Part shown: positions 37,216 to 47,207 of the stretch, piece after piece | How the letters are laid out: every line of letters begins with the position of its first letter | How positions within the stretch are numbered: position 1 is the stretch's first letter | Source of the DNA: Spirochaetia bacterium | GTDB lineage: Bacteria > Spirochaetota > Spirochaetia > UBA9216 | Reading direction: 5' to 3' | Length of the DNA: 64,000 bases | NCBI GenBank assembly: GCA_963675665.1 | Contig: OY776510.1 | Span: 222,584 to 286,583 of the forward strand | Notes under the pieces: model-generated | The model's database searches: none | What the model was told of the DNA's origin: nothing | The model's input: the letters and a program-made list of their open reading frames with translations, nothing else | Program-made: the position numbers and the translations under genes

Positions 37216-38952
37216 TCAGTTCCTGTTCGGAAATTCCGTCTGAGCAATATTTTTAAATTCATCTCTGCAATTGTTAAACGCATCGACAATATCCGGATCA
37301 AAGTGTTTGCCCCGTTCTTCCAGGATCATTTTGATAGCCTCTTCATGAGAAAAAGCTTTTTTGTAGGGTCTCTCACTGATTAACGCGTCATAAACATCCG
37401 CAAGCGCTACTATCCGCGCAGACAGGGGGATTTGCTGTCCCTTGAGACCGTCCGGATACCCGCTGCCGTCCCATCTTTCATGATGATAAGAAGCAATCTC
37501 TTTCCCGATGGTAAGAAACGATTTGTAACCTACATTCTTGTCTATTACCGAAAGAGCATCGCCGCCCATGGCCGAATGATTTTTCATAATCTCGAACTCG
37601 GTTTTACTCAGTTTGCCTGCTTTCAGGAGAATAGAGTCTTCAATTCCGACTTTGCCGATATCATGCAGAATAGACGACATTGAAAGGTCTTCAATATATT
37701 CATCAGTGATATAATTTCTGTATTCCGGAAGCTTTTTCAGGGCCCTTGCAAGAATACGGGTATAAAGTTTTATTCGCTCAAGATGTTCGCCGGTACAGTG
37801 ATCGCGGAATTCGGTCAGTTTTGCAAAACCCATAATAGCCGCCGCCTGTGTCTCCTTAACCTGATAAACAGATTCCTCAAGTTGCTTTTCCAGCCGGATG
37901 CGGGTTGTAAGGTCTTTCTCCAGAACAAAAAGAGCAAACATTCCCTCACCGCTGAGATCTATAATGTAATAGGTAACATATACATAAAGCTGATCACCGC
38001 TCTGGGTTTTCCGGGGAACTCCGATTTCAATATATTTTCCGCCGTTGTCTCCTGCAAGCTTAATCAGTTCCTGAATTGTCGGCCGTCCTGTGCCTGCGGA
38101 GAAGTATTCATCATATGGAACGCCGAGCATTTCTTCACGTGACCATCCGTAAAGCGCCTCTGCGGCACTGTTCATATTCACGACATTCCCGGCCTCGTCA
38201 ACAATTACTATAGACGACGCAAAATTTTCGAATAACCGGTTATAATTTGTCTGGCTTGCATCAAGCTGGGCCTTCAGAAGGTCCTCTCTGGATAAATCCT
38301 GAAAATGCGCTGTGAATCCCGACAAATCATATTTGTTGTCAAAATGAGGCCATATGGTTTCAAGAAAACGCTTTTCTCCGCCCTGCTGAGTCTGTAATAC
38401 CACCGACTGACTGAGTTGTCCCCTGGAAATCACCAGCTCCCTGACCCTGAAAATAAAAGCATTGGCATCCGCGTAAAGATCATTTGCAACTGCTAATTTA
38501 TTCTTATCCCAGCCCAGAAGCGTAGTCACAGCGGGATTTGCTGTGATTATATTGCCTTTTACATCAAACGACACTACAGGATCAGGAAGATTATAATACA
38601 GATGTTTGTAGACATTGCCTTTCCATGGGGCAAGTTCCTTTTCCTGATATTCTTCAAGGTTTACAAGTATAATCTCGTTCTCGCCGGTTTGCCGGACATA
38701 CGAATACTTGAGTGTTATCTCTTCCCCGGAGAGGGTTTCAAGTTTAACCAGATGCTCCAGACCTGAACCGTTGGTAAATGTGAAATACCCGAGAAATTTC
38801 TCCTGGTTCTCAAGTATTTCTTCAACCTTCCATCCGGTAAGTTCCGTGCATCGTTCATTAATAAATTTTATATGCCTCTGTGAGTTTATTAAAAACAGGC
38901 CTTCAGAAGAATTTTCAAATATTTTAATGTAAAAGTTTAATTTATCCTTCAT
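37216..38952 (-). CDS. PAS-PAS-HD-GYP phosphodiesterase
   Basis: 578 aa with ILHDIGKVGI and HHERWDGSGYPDGL motifs, and PAS-like repeats in the N-terminal 350 aa. Confidence 0.8.
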   Translation of the reverse strand: MKDKLNFYIKIFENSSEGLFLINSQRHIKFINERCTELTGWKVEEILENQEKFLGYFTFTNGSGLEHLVKLETLSGEEITLKYSYVRQTGENEIILVNLEEYQEKELAPWKGNVYKHLYYNLPDPVVSFDVKGNIITANPAVTTLLGWDKNKLAVANDLYADANAFIFRVRELVISRGQLSQSVVLQTQQGGEKRFLETIWPHFDNKYDLSGFTAHFQDLSREDLLKAQLDASQTNYNRLFENFASSIVIVDEAGNVVNMNSAAEALYGWSREEMLGVPYDEYFSAGTGRPTIQELIKLAGDNGGKYIEIGVPRKTQSGDQLYVYVTYYIIDLSGEGMFALFVLEKDLTTRIRLEKQLEESVYQVKETQAAAIMGFAKLTEFRDHCTGEHLERIKLYTRILARALKKLPEYRNYITDEYIEDLSMSSILHDIGKVGIEDSILLKAGKLSKTEFEIMKNHSAMGGDALSVIDKNVGYKSFLTIGKEIASYHHERWDGSGYPDGLKGQQIPLSARIVALADVYDALISERPYKKAFSHEEAIKMILEERGKHFDPDIVDAFNNCRDEFKNIAQTEFPNRN

Positions 38953-38980
38953 GCTGTAAAATCATAACGCTGCTCAGCCG

Positions 38981-40312
38981 TTAAACTCCTGTACGAATCG
39001 TTTCCAGTTTCCTCACTTTCTCCGTAAGCTGTGCATTCTGTTCATTCGAACGCGCCAGCCGGCGGGCGAGCAACCTGGATAGAAATATCCCGTAATATGG
39101 ATAATCCCTTACAAGGGTAACAAATGCTTTTCTGGAAATTCTGATCAGTTTACCTGTATCTGCCGCTTTTATCGTGCCGCTTCTCTGGTTACTTAACAGA
39201 AACGACATTTCACCCATAAAAATGTCGTTCTGGTTCAATTCCCCGACTCTTTTACGACGATGATACACATAATACTTGCCTGCTACAATATAATAAAGGT
39301 AATCACTTGCTTCACCTTCCTGAAAAATAGTATCGTTTCTCTTTACTTCAAGAATCTCTTCCTTTCTGAATCTGATTGGGAAGGGCTGAGTCTCCTGTTC
39401 TTCATGTTCAATTACAATAGTAACCTGATTTCCCATCTGATTATAATATATATCTTTCGACAAATGCCGGGCCATTCGAATTCCACGGCCGTGAAGGGAT
39501 AAATCATCCTGACTTTTAAGAACCCTGTTAAGCTCTTCTACATCGAATCCGGGGCCTTCGTCACGTATTACATATTTTGTAAAATCATTATGAGTTTCCC
39601 ATTCGAAATGGACTTTTTTACAGGCCACTTTCCTGTTCCTGCACTTTTCCGCCACCAGCTCAACAACAGAACCCCCGTTTTCCATAAAATCCGTTTTTTC
39701 ATCATAGGTAACCCCGCAGTTACCGTGTTCTATGCCGTTTACGATAAGCTCTGCAAGCGCCAGCTGTAAGTGCATCTTTTTATCCAGACCGATCTTTCCC
39801 GACTGGGAAAGGCTTGTGGCGGCAATACCTGCATAAATGGGTACAGCAAGGATATCGTTCGGTATTGAAAAAGAACCGGAAGAACTTTCCATAATCTTTG
39901 AGGCAAAACCTCGCTGAAAAATAATCTGATAATTATCACGGATAATTTCGACGCTTTTCATCAGATGAGAACGTATCCTGTATGCGTTCATCAGGGTAAG
40001 TACATTTATCTTTTTCAATCTTTCCAGAAGCAGATCTTCATCATTCAGATCCTGATCATACAGTCCGATGATGCCGAAATAATGAAGCCATGCATCATCC
40101 TCAAGCCGTTCGACCAGGGAATCAAGAGGTATCTCCGGATCAGAAAAATTGATAACAACTATTTCCGGCAGTTCATAGTTGATAAATTCATAAATTTCAT
40201 CTTCAGAAGTAATAAACACCAGCTTATAGGATTTCTTTTCCCACGTCTCATAAGCCTCGTTTACAGTTTGGTTCAGTTTTTTATCGGAACTGATTATCCC
40301 CAGAACTTTCAT
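38981..40312 (-). CDS. Receiver-like N-domain / GHKL (RsbW-SpoIIAB-type) ATPase / cyclic-nucleotide-binding domain protein
   Basis: 443 aa. GHKL motifs are ELIVNGIEHGN (N box), IRDEGPGFD (G1) and GRGIRMA (G2). The C-terminal cNMP-binding motif is FQEGEASDYLYYIVAG...GEMSFLLSNQRSGTIKA. The N-terminal alpha/beta region is only loosely receiver-like. Confidence 0.65.
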   Translation of the reverse strand: MKVLGIISSDKKLNQTVNEAYETWEKKSYKLVFITSEDEIYEFINYELPEIVVINFSDPEIPLDSLVERLEDDAWLHYFGIIGLYDQDLNDEDLLLERLKKINVLTLMNAYRIRSHLMKSVEIIRDNYQIIFQRGFASKIMESSSGSFSIPNDILAVPIYAGIAATSLSQSGKIGLDKKMHLQLALAELIVNGIEHGNCGVTYDEKTDFMENGGSVVELVAEKCRNRKVACKKVHFEWETHNDFTKYVIRDEGPGFDVEELNRVLKSQDDLSLHGRGIRMARHLSKDIYYNQMGNQVTIVIEHEEQETQPFPIRFRKEEILEVKRNDTIFQEGEASDYLYYIVAGKYYVYHRRKRVGELNQNDIFMGEMSFLLSNQRSGTIKAADTGKLIRISRKAFVTLVRDYPYYGIFLSRLLARRLARSNEQNAQLTEKVRKLETIRTGV

Positions 40313-42165
40313 TTATCGACTCCGGTTTCATATATTTTTTTCTTTATAAATATATCGACAACTGCACTGTCCAGATGATTATTCGCCGCTTCTTCGAGAA
40401 TTATTTTTATTGCGATCTCCGGGTCAAGCGCCCGTTTATAGGGCCTGTCGCTGGCAGTCAGCGCATCATAGATGTCGGCAACGGCCATTATTCTTGATTG
40501 AAGGCTAAGCTCTCCGCCGGATTTTCCATCCGGGTAGCCCGTCCCGTTCATACGCTCATGATGGCCGCGGGCAATATCAGGAAGACCCTTCAGGGTGCTT
40601 GTCCAGGGAATGTTCTCAAGAAAATCAGTCGAATGTTCTACATGAGATTCAATTTCTTTTCTTTCATTCTCCGTCAGACTGCCTTTCCTGATACTTAGCA
40701 GTTCATATTCTTCATCAGTAATCCAGGGTGATTCATTCCCGTCCGGATCAGTATATTTCTTTCGGTTATATTCTTCCAGTCGCGAAACCGGATCTTCAAT
40801 ATTGATGGCAGGTTCATCGGCGGCTGTTATTACCTCAAGAGCGGTATCCGCTTCCTCAAGTTCCTGTTCAAACCGTTTGCGGTCTTTGTGATCCGCATAC
40901 TCAAGTTCGATACATTTCTTAATATAGGCAAACCTGAGTTTAATCAGTTCCAGATGTCCCGGGTACAGTTTTTTTGATTTTACAAGAACAGCTTCCCTGA
41001 CGCCGACTTTTCCAAAATCATGCAGCAACCCTGCATAACGAAGTTCTTTCAGCTGATCATCAGAAAAGGTTACGCCTGCAAAAATCCCGTTCTGCTCCGT
41101 ATTAATAGCTTTGGCGGCTTCAACAGTATAAGCCGCCACCCGGCTCGAATGACCGCTGGTGGTAGGATCCCGCGATTCAATCGCTGTTACTGAAGCGGCA
41201 ACAAAACCTTCAAACAGGGTTTCAATTTCATTGTAGAGAATGTTGTTCTCCAGTGCCACCGCCGCCTGTGACGCAAGTGAAAGAACTATATTCTCATCTT
41301 CATTATCAAATGGTTCAACAAATTCTGCGACATCTTCAGCATTTTCAAGAATCTTTTTAAAGCTTTTTTTACGATTGATAAGTTGAATTACACCTATTAT
41401 ATTCTCATGATGGTCCAGCATCGGAACTGTCAGAATACTGCGGCTGCGGTAATCAGTAGCTATATCGTAACTGTTATTAAAACTGTACGGTTCCGAATCC
41501 GGAATAGCATAAGCATCCGGTATATTCAGTACATTTGAAGTTACCGCAACATACCCGGCAATAGATTCGGTATTAAGCGACATTCTGAATTCCGTAAAGT
41601 CGCTGGGGTTTGAATCATTATGCGCGATTTTAAACAGCATGTTCTGTTCATCACTGTCCTCTATCTTTTCCAGAAGGTAAAGACTTCCAGCGTCGGCTTT
41701 TGTAATCTGGCGGATTTTATACAGAATATCATTCAGCAACTTGTCGTTATTTCTTTCAGCCGACAAGGCTATTCCGATAGAAAGCAGCTCTTTGTTGAGG
41801 TTCTTGGCCTTCAGATAATCATGATTTCTCAGTATGACTTTTTTCAGATTACGCAGGGAACGCTTAAGTGCGTCCGGCCGATCGCTTCTGACAAATTGAT
41901 AAACAAATCTGCAGCTGACAATATCTTCCGCTTCGTCGGGTTTATAAACTATAATCAGACTTTCATCGGGTACATTCAGCTTTTCAAAAGCGTCGCTGTT
42001 TTCCTTGTAATAGGACCACATACAGAGAAAACACGGCATGACGGAAAATTCATAATCAGAAAATCCTGAATCGGGATCGAAATTATGAACTTCGAAACCG
42101 GTGGGGATTAATTCAATTATGTCGTCCGGAATCTCCGGTCCTTTAAAAAGGAAAACTCTCTCCAT
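40309..42165 (-). CDS. GAF-HD-GYP phosphodiesterase
   Basis: 618 aa with GLLHDFGKVGV and HHERMNGTGYPDG motifs and a central GAF-like region. An ATGA overlap links it to the downstream gene. Confidence 0.8.
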   Translation of the reverse strand: MERVFLFKGPEIPDDIIELIPTGFEVHNFDPDSGFSDYEFSVMPCFLCMWSYYKENSDAFEKLNVPDESLIIVYKPDEAEDIVSCRFVYQFVRSDRPDALKRSLRNLKKVILRNHDYLKAKNLNKELLSIGIALSAERNNDKLLNDILYKIRQITKADAGSLYLLEKIEDSDEQNMLFKIAHNDSNPSDFTEFRMSLNTESIAGYVAVTSNVLNIPDAYAIPDSEPYSFNNSYDIATDYRSRSILTVPMLDHHENIIGVIQLINRKKSFKKILENAEDVAEFVEPFDNEDENIVLSLASQAAVALENNILYNEIETLFEGFVAASVTAIESRDPTTSGHSSRVAAYTVEAAKAINTEQNGIFAGVTFSDDQLKELRYAGLLHDFGKVGVREAVLVKSKKLYPGHLELIKLRFAYIKKCIELEYADHKDRKRFEQELEEADTALEVITAADEPAINIEDPVSRLEEYNRKKYTDPDGNESPWITDEEYELLSIRKGSLTENERKEIESHVEHSTDFLENIPWTSTLKGLPDIARGHHERMNGTGYPDGKSGGELSLQSRIMAVADIYDALTASDRPYKRALDPEIAIKIILEEAANNHLDSAVVDIFIKKKIYETGVDK

Positions 42166-45100
42166 CTGCTGTTCTGAATAACCTCTTTTTAAGCTCAGCA
42201 GTAAATGCTGAGGCTTTTGCCGGGGTATTTATTTGTTTCTGCGCAGAAATCCGGAATATCACATCACCGGTTACAGTGTCATACACAGAATATACACTAC
42301 CCTCTTCAAGATTATCGGCAGCAGTAAGTCTATATCTGTAACTATTATCTTGATTATTTGATAAAATGTTGAACCCTGAACGCTTCAAAGCCCTCTTCAA
42401 AAAGAACCCGGGTTTAAAATTAATATTAACAGGAAATCGTATCGCTTCGGTTATAAACATCCCCGGATTTAAAATGTACAACCGTTCTGCGAGCTTTAAC
42501 ATACTGATGTCGCGGTTTCTTTTATTTCGTACCAGAATCCCGGCGACGGCTTCGGCAATAGACATCCGTTCCCATTCCGGATCAAGAATATTCAGAGCCC
42601 TGTTCAGCATCTTGACGTCTCCAAGCAGTCGGCCGGTTTCCAGCAGATACGACCCTTCGGCCCCGGGAGCAACTGCCGTCTCAATCGCCTCGGCCTGTTT
42701 CAGATACCCTGAAGCTGTTTTCCGGTAATTGAAATTGGCTATATAAAATGACCAGGCGGCATCCAGCCGGTTTCCCTGCTGCTCATTTGAGCATCCTACT
42801 TCAAAAGAAGCAGATCTGTATCTGCGTTCATGAAACCAGCCCAGGCACCGGAAGCGCAGCCGGTCAAACAGGGTTTTTATCCGCCCGAATCCATGTTCCG
42901 GGCTGAAACGGGCACGATTTTCCATTCCGTAATAGATTTCCATCAATAACCTGTCGGTCTCCATCCGGTGTCGCTCCGGGTCAACCCCAAAGTAATACAT
43001 CCAGGAATCATCATTATGGTTTATAACTTCCCTGATATGGGAAAGCGCTTCATCCAGCCTTCCGAAAGTAAGATAAAGATCCGCCAGTCCCATCAGGGCA
43101 AGCGGTGTGGAGTCCAGTGTATAAGCCGTCTGATAATCATTATATGCTGATTTGAAATCAAGTCTTCCCAGGTTGATTTCAGCCCGTGCTATATATCCCG
43201 GCGCCCTTTCTCCGGTTTCAATCGAATTGTTGGTGTATTCCAGAGCTTTCTCAAAACGGTAAAATCCATGCTCCAGAAGCGAAAGATTATAATATGATAC
43301 TGAAGCGAAATAATTCCAGCCCTTATCAAGGGCCATGCTTATCGATTTCAGATAATATTTTTCAGCTTCCTCATAATCATACATCCCGGAGTAGACTGTC
43401 CCGAGCGTCATATACAGAATCGGAGAATCTTCATACAGTTTGACGGCGCCGAGAAGAAGCTCCTCGGCTTCGTTCAGCCTGAAGGTTTTAAAATACATCC
43501 ACCCGAGATCTGCAAGCGCATCATAATGATCCGGAACAAGCGACAGAATCTCTTCCAGAGATTGAATGGATTGCTGATCCAGATTCAACAGGCCTTCCGT
43601 AACAGAGCGTGCATACAGTATTTCTATATTGCCGGCATTTAATTCCAGTGCCAGATTGAATTGTTCAAGGGCAAGATTATAAAGTTCACGATCCGAATAT
43701 AAATCTCCGGCGGCTTTTTTCAGCTCCCAATTATCCGGATACAGGGCAATGCCTTCATTCAGAAGCTGCAGGGCTGCCTCGTAATTTTCCGAATCCTGTT
43801 CCCTTTCGGCAGCTTCAAGATAGAATTGAAAATCCGGCGAATCCTGTGCCGAAACAGGCTGTAAAGTCATTGTCAACATAAAGGGCAGCATCAGAATAAT
43901 AATTAAAGATCCAGGAACTGACTTCCTTCCTGACTTGAATCTGATGAACGGAAAAACAAACAGCAACAGTCGTTTAAACACGGACTGCATTCGGAATTCC
44001 CTGATGAAATCAGCATGGTTTTTCGGAACTTCAGGCACTGCTTCAGAACCGGACCCGGGAGAAAAAACCGATTCAAGATAGGTTTCTGCAAGACGGCGGA
44101 ATGCAGCGGCCAGGCCTTCTTCCACACGTTCCGCGTGCTCAAGAATCGATTCTCCGGCGGCCCTTCTGTACCCGAAAGCGGAAGCAAGACGAACTGCATG
44201 CTTATACTGCCTTTTAATAATACTTTTACCGGAACCGAATCTTAGCAGGACAGACTCCAGAAGATGCATCAGCAGTACTGCAGCCGTGTAAAGCAGCAGA
44301 ATAATCTTTACAGGATTGCGCTTTAAAATTCTTCCGATTTTCTTCATCATCGAATTAAAATCTGAAATATCTGAAGACGAATCATTTTCATCGGAATATG
44401 CGGAATCAATCGAGTACTCGTTGGCGAATATCTCCTCGACAAGCTCCGAATATTCGCTGCTGTCAAGCATGCCGAACGTTATATCCTCTCCGGGGGCGAT
44501 TCTCTCGGTTGTCGGATCAAACTCTACCCAGCCGAAATCTTCAAAGGGTACTTCAACCCAGGCGTGAGCCATATCCTCCCGTACAGGATAAACATTCAGT
44601 ATCCCGCTTTGCGGATCAATAAAAAATCCTGCCGCAACCCTTGCCGGAATACCGAGACTTCGACACATAAGCGCCATTGAAAAAGCGAAATATGAACAAT
44701 ATCCTTTTTTGCCGGTAAACAGAAAATGATGAAGCTGATTGCCGTCGGCGGCTACTCCCGGCTTCAGCGAATAATAGTATGTATCATGAAGGTAAAACAT
44801 TATTGCTATTACCTTGTCGTACGGAGTAACCAGGCCGGCGGTAATATTTTCGGCAAGTTCCTTAACCTTGTAATCGCCGCCGTATTCGGTATAAAATTCA
44901 TATAAATCGCTGTCCATTTCAAGAAGGGGCGCTTCAGAAAGTTCCCATGAGGGCAACTCAACCGATTCCGATAAAACCCTGTAATTCTGCAGAAAAGAAG
45001 ACCCCTTCCAGTTGGTCAGAGGACTGATTTCTACCGGATAATTCATCGCTATCAAAGAAGATGGATCAAAATTGACAATAAAATATTCCTGTTCGGACTG

Positions 45101-46030
45101 TACTCTTCGCGCATAACGCTCTACATCAAGTCTCAGCGGTTTGTCCGGCAGCGTCAACTGCTGTTCGTCTTCGTCGGGGCCGGACTGAAGGAAAAAGCCC
45201 CGCTCGGGCTTGTACCCGGAGAGATAAAACCTTCTGAGATAAACTGAATTCAAATACCCGTAATTTCGGAACAGCAGGACAAGATCATTATCCATCTTTA
45301 TTTCGCTTTCCAGTTTCACATAATCCGAAAAATCAAACCTGAACAGCGTGGGCTGCATCAGACCTCCGCCTTCCTTCGATGCGCCCTCTGAATAGCGGCC
45401 GAACAGCACCAGCAGAATTACCAGAAAAACCGGAATAAACATAACCAGAAAAGACAGGGGCCCCTTTTTGCCGGAACCGGAAGAATAAAGAACAAGAACA
45501 ATAATTTCAATAATTATAAAAATAATGCTGAATACTGCAAGAATTCCCGGATGCGGAAATACTGTTACCTCATATCCGCCCTGTTTCCACAACAGCAGAC
45601 AGAAAACCGCCGCATTAAGAAATACCTCCATATAAATAAAACCGGCTTTGCGCCTTTCCAGGATACTGCATGAGACTATATACAATACCGCCGGCAACAG
45701 CGGAAAAAACCCCGAATCAAACCTGAACCCGGTAAATGCAGATTCAGCGCCTCCGGGGATAATACCGGCTGCAGACAGAACAATAAACCGCACAACAAAG
45801 GCAAAAACACCTGCTGCAGCCAGAGCCGGAACCAGTCTCAGTCCGGATTTTTCAAGAAACCTGCTGCCGATCAGCGATATTATAAATACTGCGGCAGTAA
45901 ACACTGGCGAAAGTATATCGCTGAGATAACTGACTACAAGAACCAGAAGCATGGCTTCTGCCGCCCATCTTAGTATTTTTACGGCAGGAGACAAAGATCT
46001 CCCGGAATCAGAGAATTGTCGCATCAACAA
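42143..46030 (-). CDS. Polytopic transglutaminase-like protein (TgpA-type) fused to a large TPR domain
   Basis: 1295 aa with about 6 N-terminal TM segments. The Cys-His-Asp core is GKKGYCSYFAFSMALMCRSLGIPARV...AHAWVEV...EFDPT. About 350 aa are TPR-like repeats. Confidence 0.8.
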   Translation of the reverse strand: MLMRQFSDSGRSLSPAVKILRWAAEAMLLVLVVSYLSDILSPVFTAAVFIISLIGSRFLEKSGLRLVPALAAAGVFAFVVRFIVLSAAGIIPGGAESAFTGFRFDSGFFPLLPAVLYIVSCSILERRKAGFIYMEVFLNAAVFCLLLWKQGGYEVTVFPHPGILAVFSIIFIIIEIIVLVLYSSGSGKKGPLSFLVMFIPVFLVILLVLFGRYSEGASKEGGGLMQPTLFRFDFSDYVKLESEIKMDNDLVLLFRNYGYLNSVYLRRFYLSGYKPERGFFLQSGPDEDEQQLTLPDKPLRLDVERYARRVQSEQEYFIVNFDPSSLIAMNYPVEISPLTNWKGSSFLQNYRVLSESVELPSWELSEAPLLEMDSDLYEFYTEYGGDYKVKELAENITAGLVTPYDKVIAIMFYLHDTYYYSLKPGVAADGNQLHHFLFTGKKGYCSYFAFSMALMCRSLGIPARVAAGFFIDPQSGILNVYPVREDMAHAWVEVPFEDFGWVEFDPTTERIAPGEDITFGMLDSSEYSELVEEIFANEYSIDSAYSDENDSSSDISDFNSMMKKIGRILKRNPVKIILLLYTAAVLLMHLLESVLLRFGSGKSIIKRQYKHAVRLASAFGYRRAAGESILEHAERVEEGLAAAFRRLAETYLESVFSPGSGSEAVPEVPKNHADFIREFRMQSVFKRLLLFVFPFIRFKSGRKSVPGSLIIILMLPFMLTMTLQPVSAQDSPDFQFYLEAAEREQDSENYEAALQLLNEGIALYPDNWELKKAAGDLYSDRELYNLALEQFNLALELNAGNIEILYARSVTEGLLNLDQQSIQSLEEILSLVPDHYDALADLGWMYFKTFRLNEAEELLLGAVKLYEDSPILYMTLGTVYSGMYDYEEAEKYYLKSISMALDKGWNYFASVSYYNLSLLEHGFYRFEKALEYTNNSIETGERAPGYIARAEINLGRLDFKSAYNDYQTAYTLDSTPLALMGLADLYLTFGRLDEALSHIREVINHNDDSWMYYFGVDPERHRMETDRLLMEIYYGMENRARFSPEHGFGRIKTLFDRLRFRCLGWFHERRYRSASFEVGCSNEQQGNRLDAAWSFYIANFNYRKTASGYLKQAEAIETAVAPGAEGSYLLETGRLLGDVKMLNRALNILDPEWERMSIAEAVAGILVRNKRNRDISMLKLAERLYILNPGMFITEAIRFPVNINFKPGFFLKRALKRSGFNILSNNQDNSYRYRLTAADNLEEGSVYSVYDTVTGDVIFRISAQKQINTPAKASAFTAELKKRLFRTADGESFPF

Positions 46031-47138
46031 CCCCCTTTAAACCCGACAGTTTTGAAATCAGGTAACCGGAAGCGGTCCTGATGGTATCGGATGCCTTATG
46101 ATCCTCAAAATCATTATCCCGGCTGCCGAACAGAATTTTTCTTATCGCGTCTTTCCGGCCGACCGCATCCGGCCCGGGCATTACAGGAATAATGACATTA
46201 ATGGGTCTGCCCGCACCTGCAACAGCCTTGCATAACTGTTCCGCCCGTGAAGAAAAGGCCGAACAGAAAAGAAGATTACCGTTTTCACCTGAGGCCCCTG
46301 TGCCTGCAGCATCATTCCACCACAGCCCCGGGAGAATTTTCTGCGGTTCAACCGGCTTAACACCTCCGGCAGCCGAAAGCTCTACAGCAACCCCGGCGGA
46401 ATTAAACCGTTCAATAATCCCGCTCAAACAGTTCACATAATAATCAAGATAACGTCCGGCAGCCACGGATCCTAGTATTTTTTCGGCATCACCCGAAAGA
46501 TCCGGAATTATGATAATCCGCGAATCAGGTTCGGGAAGTTCCTCTCCGAGCCGGATAAACAATTCACCGAGATGCGCGTACGTCTTCCAGTTGATTCTTC
46601 GGACATCATCGCCGGGAAAATATTGCCGGCTTTCAAGAAATTCGTCGCTGCGCTTTTTTTTCATCATCCTGCTTACATTCTCGCCGCCGGTTTTCATTAT
46701 ATGAGGCATCTGCTCATACCTGATTCCGGCCGGTTTTACAGTCAGCTTCTGTTCACCGGTTGAGAAATATCTGTAATTGAAGAAACCTGCGGCATCTTTC
46801 ATGTTCAGATATACACCGCGAGTGATGTATTCACCTCTCCTGTCTGCCTTAATCAGAATTGTTCCGTGCTGTTCCCGGTCCGAAAAACTTCTGTGGCCTT
46901 CCAGCTTTCTGTCATGCCAATCAAAGTCCATTCCGACATCAATAATGCAGCCGGGCAGAACGGGAAAAGATCGCTTTACCTCGTAGCGCACTTCAACCGT
47001 TGAGCCGCACTCAACCGGTTCCAACGGAACATGAGGCACTATTTCAACACTTTTGAATACAATAAGCCTGTATTGAAGAAAAGAGACGACCAGAGCAATT
47101 AAAAAAACTGTTCCGAATCCGGCGCCCCAGAACATCAT
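46008..47138 (-). CDS. DUF58-family protein (MoxR partner)
   Basis: 376 aa with an N-terminal TM. The motif ESRQYFPGDDVRRINWKTYAHLGELFIR is the DUF58 signature. Confidence 0.8.
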   Translation of the reverse strand: MMFWGAGFGTVFLIALVVSFLQYRLIVFKSVEIVPHVPLEPVECGSTVEVRYEVKRSFPVLPGCIIDVGMDFDWHDRKLEGHRSFSDREQHGTILIKADRRGEYITRGVYLNMKDAAGFFNYRYFSTGEQKLTVKPAGIRYEQMPHIMKTGGENVSRMMKKKRSDEFLESRQYFPGDDVRRINWKTYAHLGELFIRLGEELPEPDSRIIIIPDLSGDAEKILGSVAAGRYLDYYVNCLSGIIERFNSAGVAVELSAAGGVKPVEPQKILPGLWWNDAAGTGASGENGNLLFCSAFSSRAEQLCKAVAGAGRPINVIIPVMPGPDAVGRKDAIRKILFGSRDNDFEDHKASDTIRTASGYLISKLSGLKGVVDATIL

Positions 47139-47207
47139 GCCGATTTCAGAACGAAGAATGCCCGCTACCAGAAATAATATTGAAATAAAAAAAAAGCGGC
47201 GCCTGTG

